NCBI GenBank assembly: GCA_964443325.1
Contig: CAYUCL010000003.1
Coordinates: 100,519-164,518, forward strand
Source of the DNA: an uncultured Dehalococcoidales bacterium
Lineage (GTDB): Bacteria > Chloroflexota > Dehalococcoidia > E44-bin15
Reading direction: 5' to 3'
DNA: 64,000 nt
In this document: in pieces, positions 8,980 through 17,809 of the stretch
How positions within the stretch are numbered: the first letter of the stretch is position 1
Layout: every line of letters starts with the position of its first letter
Notes under the pieces: generated by a model
Seen by the model: only the letters and a program-made list of their open reading frames with translations
What the model was told of the DNA's origin: nothing
The model's database searches: none
Made by a program: the position numbers and the translations under genes

Positions 8980-10047
8980 ATGGCAAAGCCGAAGGCCACC
9001 TTCATTGATGCTTTCGAACCAATACTTATTAAGGCTTGGGGTTCATATCAAGATAGCTTGGATGACAATCTTCTTAACAGAACCCGAGAGGCTCTAACTT
9101 ACATCCGCCGTGTTTATAGATTTAAAGGCGAGCTGGGTGCTAAGTCTCCATCGCATATTGACTTCAAGGAGCCCAGGAACAGGGCAGGATACCTTGCAGC
9201 TTTTGGTGAGCGTCATGCCTATCTTGCTTACGAACATCTCAAAATGGTTCAATCAGTTGACCCTAGCGCAATCCCAGCGCCTGACAACCACGGAGAACTC
9301 ACAGTAACGCTGGTTGGAGCAGGCCCGGCGATTGAGACATATGGTCTTTGTCTATTTTACAACGAATCTGCTCACCAGCTCAAAAGACTTACTCTTAATC
9401 TTATTGATAAAATTCGCGAATGGCAACCTACACGAGACATGGTACTTTCTGGATTGATAAAGGAGGTACTACCCAAATTGGACATTTTTAGTGTCCCAAT
9501 CGAAGCCGATCTGAAGGAAGCTAGTTGCGTACAAATATTTGCTGCGCATCATGATTCACTCGTTAGGACTCGAATACTCATAGTTTATAATGTATTAAAC
9601 GAAATCGAGTCTACTCACGCACCCATTATCTTGAGAAACCTCGGCTACATAGTGAGGCAATGCGAGCAACCACTCCTTCTACTGCTTGCTGAACCTACAG
9701 CTAAAAAAGCGTGGCCTAGGATAAAATGGTTTCGCAAATTGCTTTTTGAACACACGACAATAATCTTAGATAACCCTAACGAAGAGATCAGTTTTTACGA
9801 AGAACCAACTAACATCGCCATGAGTGGGGTAAATGAGCGTTTGTTCAGCAGGGCCTTTGGAAAGAACCCACCTGTATTTGAAACAACTCTGAAGCGTGTC
9901 CTCATGGCATGCAAAATGATCCCCCAACCTCCGTTTTCAGAACAGCAGTATGAGCAACTGCGAAGACTGCAATTTAGAAGAGACCGCAAAGGAAGAATTG
10001 TACCAGAACCTGTCGCCGATTTTAATCGTCAGCTCACTTTGTTCTGA
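8980..10047 (+). CDS. Uncharacterised protein with class I SAM-methyltransferase-like motifs (Rsm22-like) and C-terminal QLTLF
   Basis: VTLVGAGPA (motif I-like), NLIDK, EADL, IVYNVLNEI, LLLAEP. Lower GC than neighbours by eye. ORF is clearly real; function is inferred. Confidence 0.5.
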   Translation: MAKPKATFIDAFEPILIKAWGSYQDSLDDNLLNRTREALTYIRRVYRFKGELGAKSPSHIDFKEPRNRAGYLAAFGERHAYLAYEHLKMVQSVDPSAIPAPDNHGELTVTLVGAGPAIETYGLCLFYNESAHQLKRLTLNLIDKIREWQPTRDMVLSGLIKEVLPKLDIFSVPIEADLKEASCVQIFAAHHDSLVRTRILIVYNVLNEIESTHAPIILRNLGYIVRQCEQPLLLLLAEPTAKKAWPRIKWFRKLLFEHTTIILDNPNEEISFYEEPTNIAMSGVNERLFSRAFGKNPPVFETTLKRVLMACKMIPQPPFSEQQYEQLRRLQFRRDRKGRIVPEPVADFNRQLTLF

Positions 10048-10206
10048 TAGTTCGTCGCCATTCATACGACTACAATCGCTTCTCTAAATCCATATAAGAT
10101 GTATTACAGACGAAAGCTACGCTTCTAGATTTATTCATCACCCAATCAACATCATCACAGGCTTTTCTATGATAGCTACATGCTTGTTGTTAACGTAGGC
10201 AGAATC

Positions 10207-10458
10207 TCACTTGAGACAACTGTCGATGTATTTCACAAAATCGTCAATCGAGGCGAGCTCTTTCATCCGTTCGATGTCTATCTCTATATCAAAGGCGTTT
10301 TCGACCCCGACTATAATCTGCACCCAGTGCAGCGAGTCAGCTTTAATGTCCTTTAGAGCCGTCTCCAAGCGAATCTCGTCCTCACTGCACCGCGCGATCC
10401 TGGCTATTATCCTTCTTACTTCATCTAATGCTGCCGTTACCATGTCTCCCTCCAGCAA
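10207..10458 (-). CDS. Acyl carrier protein (divergent)
   Basis: 83 aa, acidic; KADSLHWVQIIVGVENAFDIEI contains the DSL phosphopantetheine site. Confidence 0.88.
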   Translation of the reverse strand: MLEGDMVTAALDEVRRIIARIARCSEDEIRLETALKDIKADSLHWVQIIVGVENAFDIEIDIERMKELASIDDFVKYIDSCLK

Positions 10459-10482
10459 CTATTCAACATAAGAACCTGAGTT

Positions 10483-11517
10483 CTATTCACTTGATGACAT
10501 ACCCGCCTGGGCCTTTTCCAGCTCAACGCGAAGCTTACCGACGAAGTCGGTCTCCAATGCTATCTTCGCCTGCTCGATAGTACCGACAATCTGGGGCGCC
10601 TGGCTACTGCCATGTGCGACAGCCACTACACCGTTGACCCCCCATAGAGGACCACCGCCTAAGACCGTTCCCGGGCTCATGAGCCTCACTAGCTTGCCGG
10701 TGACTTTGTCCAGTTCCTCTGGCGAAAGCGTATCCTTTAGCTCCTCTGCCATCCAAGGGCCAATAGCCCTCCCCAGACCCTCGCAAAACTTCACCACTAT
10801 ATTACCCACAAAACCGTCGCAGACTATTACATTCGCCTTCCCCACCACTATATCCATGCCCTCCACATTGCCAATGAAGTTCAAATCGCTTTTCTTGAGC
10901 AAAGAGTAAGCCTCCTTGGCCACATCATTGCCCTTACCTTCTTCAGCACCTACGTTGAGCAGGCCAACTGTAGGCTCGTCTATTCCAAGGAATATCCTTG
11001 CATAAACAGTGCCAGCCGCAGCAAAGTTCAACAGATGATATGGCTGGCAACCCACGTTGGCTCCCAGGTCGAGGACTACAGTCTCTGGCGCCAGCCCCAG
11101 GAAAGGTCCCCCCGCCATCGGCCGGTCTATCCCGGGCAAAGTCCCTAAATATTGAAGCGCGGCTACCATAGCGGCGCCGGTCGAACCAGCGCTAACCATA
11201 GCGTCTGCTTCACCCTCCTTAACAAGTCTGGCGGCCATCGCAACCGGGCTGTTTGGCTTGCGTAAAACAGCAAATGCCGGCTCCTCTCCATCCCTGATAA
11301 GGTCATTGGCCTCCACTATCCTAATCTGGAGGCCAGTTGCGTTAACTCCGCTAAGCTCTTTCTCAATATCGGGCTTTATGCCGACCAGCACTATCTCGAC
11401 CCCCAATTTCCTTGCCGCCTCAACCGCTCCCTTCACTATCTCGCCAGGAGCGTAGTCGCCACCCATGGCGTCAATCGCTATTCTCATTGGCTGCTTTGTG
11501 CCATCTGACTCGCTCAT
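10483..11517 (-). CDS. plsX: Phosphate:acyl-ACP acyltransferase
   Basis: RIAIDAMGGDYAP, SAGSTGA, PGIDRP, LDLGANV, LLNVGAEEGKG, CDGFVGN, AHGSS. ATG 11517 follows a GGAGG SD. Confidence 0.93.
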   Translation of the reverse strand: MSESDGTKQPMRIAIDAMGGDYAPGEIVKGAVEAARKLGVEIVLVGIKPDIEKELSGVNATGLQIRIVEANDLIRDGEEPAFAVLRKPNSPVAMAARLVKEGEADAMVSAGSTGAAMVAALQYLGTLPGIDRPMAGGPFLGLAPETVVLDLGANVGCQPYHLLNFAAAGTVYARIFLGIDEPTVGLLNVGAEEGKGNDVAKEAYSLLKKSDLNFIGNVEGMDIVVGKANVIVCDGFVGNIVVKFCEGLGRAIGPWMAEELKDTLSPEELDKVTGKLVRLMSPGTVLGGGPLWGVNGVVAVAHGSSQAPQIVGTIEQAKIALETDFVGKLRVELEKAQAGMSSSE

Positions 11518-11564
11518 AGCGCCTCCCTTCTCTCTGCACATTGATTATAGATGATGACTTAAGC

Positions 11565-12629
11565 TTACCAGCTATGGCTTATTGCGTCCTGCGGGCAAAC
11601 GCTGTGACAGTTCATTTCGTGCGAGTTGCTACAGGAATCGAATCCCGGACAAACCAAAGCCAGCTTTTTCCTTATCTCTTCCTTCACCTTAGCTTTCGGC
11701 CGGCCATAGTCATCCTCAGCTATCTCGAAAACGTCCGACGGGCACGCCTGCACGCACTCTCCACAGCCATCGCACAGGGCATTATCAACTGTGATGAAGT
11801 ACTCACCTGTCCCATCGGTGTACCCATAGTTCACCTTCATCTCCTTTGTGCCCCTGCTATCACGCCTCTCCGTAGCAAAAAGCGCTGCGCCAACAGCGCC
11901 TACTATCTGCGGGTCCTCACATAGCAACGGCTCAAGGCCAACCTTCTCCCTTAGTTTCTCCACCATCCCCTTGTTCTTGGCAATCCCCCCAGTGATGCTG
12001 AATTCCTTTTCTATCGATACCCGCTTCAACAGTTGAACCGACCTGGTCGCTATGGCGTCATGGAGGCCGGCTAATATATCGCTCTTGGCTACCCCTTCCT
12101 TGAGATGCACCAGCGCCTCTGAGCGGGCGAATACAGCACAAACAGTATTGAAGAGGATTGCCTTATCCGAAGTAAGTGACAGGTCTCCAATCTGTTCCAG
12201 AGGAATGTTCAGCACCTCGGCTATCATTTCAAGAAACCTGCCGGTACCTCCAGCGCACTTATCATTCATGACAAAATTGACCACCCGGCCACTTCCATCA
12301 CAACTTATTGCTTTGCAGTCCTGTCCCCCCATATCCAGAATTGTCCTAACCGATGGGAAGTACCAGTTGATACCTCGGGCATGGCAGCTTATCTCGGATA
12401 TATTCTCATTGGCGAAGGGAACGAGCACCCTTCCATAGCCGGTGGCGACAGTATAATCAATGTCACTCAGCGATAGTCCCGTTCCTTTTAGCACCGCCTC
12501 TATCGTCATATAGGATGTCTTTGCACTTTCGGGTCCAGTATCACAGATTACCGACGATACTATAGCTCCGTTTCGCATTATCACCGCCTTTGCCGCCCGC
12601 GACCCGATATCTATTCCGGCAACCGTCAT
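11565..12629 (-). CDS. ATP-dependent activase subunit (BcrA/BzdQ/HgdC family) fused to a C-terminal BzdM-like [4Fe-4S] ferredoxin
   Basis: GIDIGS, ATGYGR, EISCHARG, LDMGGQDCK, MNDKCAGGTG, CAVFARSE. Tail NYGYTDGTGEYFITVD..CDGCGECVQACP..CPQDAISHSW. Confidence 0.88.
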   Translation of the reverse strand: MTVAGIDIGSRAAKAVIMRNGAIVSSVICDTGPESAKTSYMTIEAVLKGTGLSLSDIDYTVATGYGRVLVPFANENISEISCHARGINWYFPSVRTILDMGGQDCKAISCDGSGRVVNFVMNDKCAGGTGRFLEMIAEVLNIPLEQIGDLSLTSDKAILFNTVCAVFARSEALVHLKEGVAKSDILAGLHDAIATRSVQLLKRVSIEKEFSITGGIAKNKGMVEKLREKVGLEPLLCEDPQIVGAVGAALFATERRDSRGTKEMKVNYGYTDGTGEYFITVDNALCDGCGECVQACPSDVFEIAEDDYGRPKAKVKEEIRKKLALVCPGFDSCSNSHEMNCHSVCPQDAISHSW

Positions 12630-13421
12630 CTAGCTAGCCTCTTTCTCCATAGCTTCTCTGGCCAGAATTGCAGCACCGAGGGCTGACACAATCTGTGGCA
12701 CATCAGGTACCAGCACTGCGAAGCCCAGTTCCTTTTCCATGGTTTTTACCACGCCATCATTTAAGGCTACGCCGCCGACTAAAGCGACATCCTTTTCGAT
12801 GCCTGCTCTTTTGCATAAGGTCATGATTCGGCTCACCACAGAGTAGTAAATCCCGGCTATTATCTCTTCCTTCGGGGTTGGAGGATCTCGATGTACGTGC
12901 GATATGACCTCAGATTCGGCGAACACCGCACAGGTGCTGGTGATGCTAGCCCTTGATTTCGCCTTAAAGGATAACTCCGACATCTCCCCTAGAGACATCT
13001 GCATTAGCTTTGCCATTTGTTGAAGGAATATGCCCGTTCCGGCAGCGCATTTATCCTGGCCTGCCCAATCGTTGACACGTCCACGCTCATTCAGCTTGAC
13101 CACTGTGCTGCTCTCTGCCCCCATATCGATAACCATCCGACTGGAGGGGAACAGGTAGCGCGCCCCGCGGGCAAGACAGGTAGTAATTGCTTTCTTCTGC
13201 TGGATAAACGACACCGATTTCGCCCCTGCACCGGTTGACACGATATACAAATCGTCATTTATGCTGATCCCCGCCTGACTCAAAGACTCCTCCATAGCCA
13301 TACGAGCGCTCTCCTCTGCCTCATCGCCAGACATTATGATAGTGGAGGTCAAGATACCATTGTCAGATAGAATAACTGCCTTCGTTGTCAGGCTGCCTAC
13401 ATCTATACCCAGCGTCTTCAT
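12630..13421 (-). CDS. Second ATP-dependent activase subunit (BcrD/BzdP-like)
   Basis: GIDVGSLTTK, IDMGAES, QDKCAAGTG, STCAVFAESEVIS, GGVALN. Confidence 0.88.
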   Translation of the reverse strand: MKTLGIDVGSLTTKAVILSDNGILTSTIIMSGDEAEESARMAMEESLSQAGISINDDLYIVSTGAGAKSVSFIQQKKAITTCLARGARYLFPSSRMVIDMGAESSTVVKLNERGRVNDWAGQDKCAAGTGIFLQQMAKLMQMSLGEMSELSFKAKSRASITSTCAVFAESEVISHVHRDPPTPKEEIIAGIYYSVVSRIMTLCKRAGIEKDVALVGGVALNDGVVKTMEKELGFAVLVPDVPQIVSALGAAILAREAMEKEAS

Positions 13422-13438
13422 AGTCAGTCTAAGTCTAA

Positions 13439-14707
13439 TTAACGGTCTTCCAGCAACTCAAAGAAACGTTCCATTTTCTCAGCAACCTCCTCCTGCGAAG
13501 CGACGGTAGGGTCAACAACATCACAGTCCAAGGTTAACACTGGCACATCAATATCATTAAGGACATCTTTAAACGTCTTTATCGTTGCGCAGGTATGCCG
13601 GCATCCAACATCGGCATAGTATATGGCCCCATCCACCTTGTATTCCTCGGCAAGGGTTGCAACCCTGGTCAATTGCCGCTCATCCAGTGGCCCATACATC
13701 TGCGCCTCAGGGATCATGTATGATTTTTTCGCAACACTCTCCAGTGGCTTAGCAGGGTTAAGCCGACCCTCCCCCCAGTAGGTAAAAAATGGTTCGGTTA
13801 CACTCACCGCCCCATACTCCTGCGAGATTCTCTCTAAAAATCCCATCAAATACATCGGCGGGAGGAACAGGCTCATTAGACGGAAGCGTTCATTAGGCAC
13901 CGCCCCCTTTCCCTGTTGAACCATATCCGTCAGTTCCTGGCGAAGTGTCTCCAGATACGCGGTCGCCTCAGGCCGACCAGCGAGTAGATAATCGACCGAC
14001 AATAGCTGCAAAAAACCCTGCGAATGAAACGGTGTAGGAACAACCTTACGCAGTTCATTGATCTCACGATAAAGCTCAATTTGTTTGTCCGTTTCTGCCA
14101 CAACCTCGCTAAGACGATCCCAATCCATCTTGCGCCCTGAGTGCTCTTCTAAAAATCGTACCATGTCCTCCAATTCCCCCATCAAATACGCTATCTCCTC
14201 TTCACTATTGTGGAATGGGTGATCAATGAAGAATCCAGGACACCGGTTAATCTTCATTAGCAATTCTCCGCTCTTGGCGGTGTTGTCGCAGACCATGTTG
14301 GACCATAGCATCACATCGGGGCGGGGCAAGGTTCCCAGTGAAAAGGCACCAGCGAGGCCACGGTGTGGAGTGCATATTTCGGGGGCCAAACCTAGGTCGG
14401 CACCGGCTGAAAGGATTTCGGCAATCTCACCTGAGAACAGCGATATCATCCACGTGGTCGTCTCAGCATGCATAGGCAATATGTCCATGGCATATATGAT
14501 CTCCGACGGGAAGAACACGGTATGGGCCGCAATAAAATCTCCAGTCTCACGAGCATTAAGCAGCCGATCGTAGTAATTAGCCAGCATCTCATAATACATA
14601 GCTTCGCTCTTCAAAGCCTCAGGGCGCGCCTGGTTCATCCTGGCAATCAACCGGCAGGCTCGTATGATGGTTTTAAGATCGCTTCCCTCCCCCTTCGGGC
14701 TCGTCAT
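13439..14707 (-). CDS. 2-hydroxyacyl-CoA dehydratase / benzoyl-CoA reductase catalytic-module subunit (HgdA/BcrB-like)
   Basis: Three spaced Cys (EICTP, VCDNTAK, GCRH), KVDGAI, PVLTLDCD; overlaps the next gene by 4 nt. Confidence 0.85.
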   Translation of the reverse strand: MTSPKGEGSDLKTIIRACRLIARMNQARPEALKSEAMYYEMLANYYDRLLNARETGDFIAAHTVFFPSEIIYAMDILPMHAETTTWMISLFSGEIAEILSAGADLGLAPEICTPHRGLAGAFSLGTLPRPDVMLWSNMVCDNTAKSGELLMKINRCPGFFIDHPFHNSEEEIAYLMGELEDMVRFLEEHSGRKMDWDRLSEVVAETDKQIELYREINELRKVVPTPFHSQGFLQLLSVDYLLAGRPEATAYLETLRQELTDMVQQGKGAVPNERFRLMSLFLPPMYLMGFLERISQEYGAVSVTEPFFTYWGEGRLNPAKPLESVAKKSYMIPEAQMYGPLDERQLTRVATLAEEYKVDGAIYYADVGCRHTCATIKTFKDVLNDIDVPVLTLDCDVVDPTVASQEEVAEKMERFFELLEDR

Positions 14708-15879
14708 CTCTTTTTTGCCTCCAACATCTCCAGAAAAGCCTGGACCCTGGTCTTAATCTGTCCAGACCCTGATGTGCCGAATTCCACGTCCAAGGGGAGG
14801 ATGGGTATCCCCTGCGCTTTTAGCCTCTCTGTCATCAGCGGTAAATCATGAGCGTAGGGTACGCAATACCTGATAATCTCGCTGATTACACCATCGACCC
14901 TGAACTGCTTGATAAGGTCGAAGATACGGTCAAAGCGCTCGTCAGAGGGGAACATACGGGCGCAAGGGAAATTGCTAAGATAGCGACGCGAGATTGCCTC
15001 GATAGGCGTTGTTGACCCCTCGATAACCACCAGGTCGTACCAGTACCTGGTACTGGTGCACAGCTCATCGGTCACCACCAACCCTCCCTCTGTCTCAATA
15101 GACCTGATGAACTCGGGGTTCTCCAGTACGCTACCGACAATCATCAAGCGGACGCGGCCTTTGTTACCAATGCCAGATACAGAAAGCTCGTCCAGCAGGT
15201 CCCTGAGCCACTGGTTAAACAGCTCCTTGGGCATGTGGAAGCTGGCGATCAGTACCTCCATGGTTTCAGCGCCGGTGATGGGTGGATTGTCCGATTTGCG
15301 TAGTTCATAGAGTTCCCTAAGCAGTGTCCTCGATTCATTGTATACCTCAATAGAATGGAGCAATGCTTCATCACTAATTGTAGTCTCAAGGAATTCCTCC
15401 AGATGCTGCTTGAACTTCACCACCTGGTCCAAATATAGCTGATGTGCTCTCTCATTATACTTGCGGGGTACCGTCAGCACGTCATGAAACGGTGTGCCAA
15501 TGTACTTCCGCCACAAATCGAATAGCCGTCGGGCACCATCGCAGGTAGACCCACCAACGACACCATCTAAAAAATCGTACTCTCCTCTTAGACCCATTTG
15601 CAGGCAACTTCGAGAAAATGAGCAGCTATTAACATAGAGGTAAGCGGTACCGTCTTCAAGCTCCACTTCTGTAGGATAGCCGGTTATCCTGATGGGCAGT
15701 GCACCGGCAGCATGAATGATTTCTTCGGGGACATAGGTACACAGCCAACCAAATACCTTCCCGCCTTGCTGCTTGAAATCCAGAATCTCTTTAGCATGTG
15801 GGAAGGTTCTGTTTAGTTCTCTAAACCGTTCAAGTGTAGGTAGACTTGCGTTATTCTTGTGTGGTGTATCTATCATCAC
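14704..15879 (-). CDS. 2-hydroxyacyl-CoA dehydratase / benzoyl-CoA reductase catalytic-module subunit (HgdB/BcrC/BzdN-like)
   Basis: GWLCTYVPEEIIHAAG, NSCSFSRS, STCDGARR, RYCVPY, QIKTRVQAFLEML. Confidence 0.87.
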   Translation of the reverse strand: MMIDTPHKNNASLPTLERFRELNRTFPHAKEILDFKQQGGKVFGWLCTYVPEEIIHAAGALPIRITGYPTEVELEDGTAYLYVNSCSFSRSCLQMGLRGEYDFLDGVVGGSTCDGARRLFDLWRKYIGTPFHDVLTVPRKYNERAHQLYLDQVVKFKQHLEEFLETTISDEALLHSIEVYNESRTLLRELYELRKSDNPPITGAETMEVLIASFHMPKELFNQWLRDLLDELSVSGIGNKGRVRLMIVGSVLENPEFIRSIETEGGLVVTDELCTSTRYWYDLVVIEGSTTPIEAISRRYLSNFPCARMFPSDERFDRIFDLIKQFRVDGVISEIIRYCVPYAHDLPLMTERLKAQGIPILPLDVEFGTSGSGQIKTRVQAFLEMLEAKKR

Positions 15880-15911
15880 AAATTATATATATTTAACCAA
15901 CTTTACCAGTT

Positions 15912-16781
15912 CTACAAGTCAAGCTCAGGTTGGAAACCAACGAATATAGCTCCAGGCCCAGCACCATATCCCATGACGGGGCTATAGTCACTGATTATGA
16001 TGCTGAGACAATTGAATTCTCTCCTCAATTGCTTAACAAAGGCTTCTGCTAGCTGAGGGGCATTGGCATGGGATACGATGAAATGCAGGGCATCCGTATC
16101 CACCTCCTTCTTGATTTGCTCGAGCAGCTTGCTGTAGCCATCGCTCCGCTTTCTTACTATATCTACGGGTTCTATCGTGCCCTCATCAGTCATCCGGTTC
16201 ACTGGCTTTATCTTAAGCTTGGCCGCCTTCAAGGCTTCGTCTTTCGTCATGCGCCCGGTGCGGTAGACATACCGCAAGGTATCAAGCAGCATCAGCCCAC
16301 CTGTCTTTTGACGAACCTCTTCGGCAAAACCAGCCAACCTATTGAGCTCCGTTCCCTTTGCTGCCTCTTTGGCCACCGCCAAAACCACCAGGCCCTGCGC
16401 TCCAGCCACTGTTCTTGAATCGACGATACGGATGGTCGTCTCTGGCGATTCCTTTTGTAACTGCTCTGCTGCCACACTGGCAGTATTGAAGAATGCGCTC
16501 AGTGTAGAAGAAAGGGTAATCATAAGTATCTCATTGGACTCCGCACTTGCCTTGCGATATTCATTCACCAGTAGACCAGGAGAAGTTGCCGATGTCTCGA
16601 ACTTGTCAGGGTCTTTGGTAATCAGCTCGTAAGCCTCGGCAGCGGTGATGTCTATCCCTTCTGTATATGCCTTGCCGTCAAACAATATGTTGGCTGTTGG
16701 GACTATCCTGATGCGGTTCTGCTCAGCTATGTCACTGGGGATACAAGCCACATTGTCGGTCATCATAACTACATTCGGCAA
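15912..16781 (-). CDS. DegV/FakB-family fatty-acid-binding protein (divergent)
   Basis: MMTDN, TSATSPG, ITLSSTLS, IVDSRT, DTLRYVYRTGR, SPVMGYGAGPG. Confidence 0.85.
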   Translation of the reverse strand: MPNVVMMTDNVACIPSDIAEQNRIRIVPTANILFDGKAYTEGIDITAAEAYELITKDPDKFETSATSPGLLVNEYRKASAESNEILMITLSSTLSAFFNTASVAAEQLQKESPETTIRIVDSRTVAGAQGLVVLAVAKEAAKGTELNRLAGFAEEVRQKTGGLMLLDTLRYVYRTGRMTKDEALKAAKLKIKPVNRMTDEGTIEPVDIVRKRSDGYSKLLEQIKKEVDTDALHFIVSHANAPQLAEAFVKQLRREFNCLSIIISDYSPVMGYGAGPGAIFVGFQPELDL

Positions 16782-16841
16782 TCTCGCACCTCCTTATCAA
16801 ACTTTTTACCTGGGACTACCCGGAAGCAAGGCACTGGTCTA

Positions 16842-17654
16842 TCATGATATAAGATAGCCTCCATCCACAACCACGAGGCTGCCGGTCATGTAGCCGGCCA
16901 AATCCGATGCCAGGAACAGGGCCACCCGTCCCACATCGTCGGCTTCGCCCATCCGACCCAAAACCATCCGCGCCATAAACGCCTTTAGCTCCGACTTGCC
17001 TTGCGCCGTTGAGCTTCCAGTGACATGCGACAGCATGCTTTCTGTAAGAATCCCACCGGGAGCAATGGCATTCACCCGTATGTCATACTGCCCAAGTTCG
17101 AGCGCCATGCTCTTGGTTAAGGATAAGACACCGCCCTTGGATGCATCGTAAGCGGACAGCCCTTTAGACGACGGGTGTAGGGAATCGATGGAGGCGATGT
17201 TTATAATACACCCACCTCGTCTCTTCTGTATCATATGTTGGCTTGCTTCTCGGCTGCAGAGAAAGGCACCCTTTAGATTTACCGCCATCACCTGCTCGAA
17301 GTCCTCACCGCTCATCTCTGTCAAGGGCACCCTTGGATATATACCAGCATTGTTCACGAGAATGTCAATTCTGCCGAATTCACCCACCGCCGTGATCACC
17401 ATGTTCCGCACATCATCTTCCTTGCTTACATCACACTCTACAGAGATCGCACGATAGCCATAGCTCCTCAGCTCCTGGCTGGCCTGCTGAGCCCTCTCCT
17501 CGTTGGTATCAGCAATAGCGATGGTGGCTCCTGCCTCAGCAAGTCGATAGGAAATGGCGAAGCCAATACCCATAGCGCCACCGGTAACGATAGCTGCCTT
17601 TCCTGTGAGCTTTATGAGGTCATTGAGCGGTATGTTTTTCTGCGGTGGACTCAT
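16842..17654 (-). CDS. Short-chain dehydrogenase/reductase (FabG-like classical SDR)
   Basis: TGGAMGIG, NNAG, YDASKGG (YxxxK), NAIAPG, VDGG; acidic residue after beta2 (IADT) suggests NAD(H). Confidence 0.92.
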   Translation of the reverse strand: MSPPQKNIPLNDLIKLTGKAAIVTGGAMGIGFAISYRLAEAGATIAIADTNEERAQQASQELRSYGYRAISVECDVSKEDDVRNMVITAVGEFGRIDILVNNAGIYPRVPLTEMSGEDFEQVMAVNLKGAFLCSREASQHMIQKRRGGCIINIASIDSLHPSSKGLSAYDASKGGVLSLTKSMALELGQYDIRVNAIAPGGILTESMLSHVTGSSTAQGKSELKAFMARMVLGRMGEADDVGRVALFLASDLAGYMTGSLVVVDGGYLIS

Positions 17655-17690
17655 ATCTATTCTAATAGACCCTGTTCTGAGCCAATTTTA

Positions 17691-17710
17691 ATAGCAATCG
17701 CAATTGCTAT
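17691..17710. promoter_or_regulatory. Perfect palindrome ATAGCAAT-N4-ATTGCTAT in the operon leader; candidate operator
   Basis: 8-bp perfect inverted repeat between the promoter and the SDR start. Confidence 0.5.
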
Positions 17711-17780
17711 GCATCCTGGTCGTCGTTACTACTTTGACGCACAATAGCGCAACTCTGATCACTCATTTCCCTAGCTATTG

Positions 17781-17809
17781 ATTTTATTCATACAGCGCCT
17801 AGCCGTCAA
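17781..17809 (-). promoter_or_regulatory. sigma70-type promoter for the SDR-DegV-BCR-like-plsX-ACP operon
   Basis: Minus strand TTGACG-N17-TAAAAT. Confidence 0.6.

Noticed and set aside
11565-15879. Assigning bcr/bzd or hgd gene symbols outright
   Set aside because: Family membership is clear, but substrate cannot be read from the sequence and the context is lipid-related.
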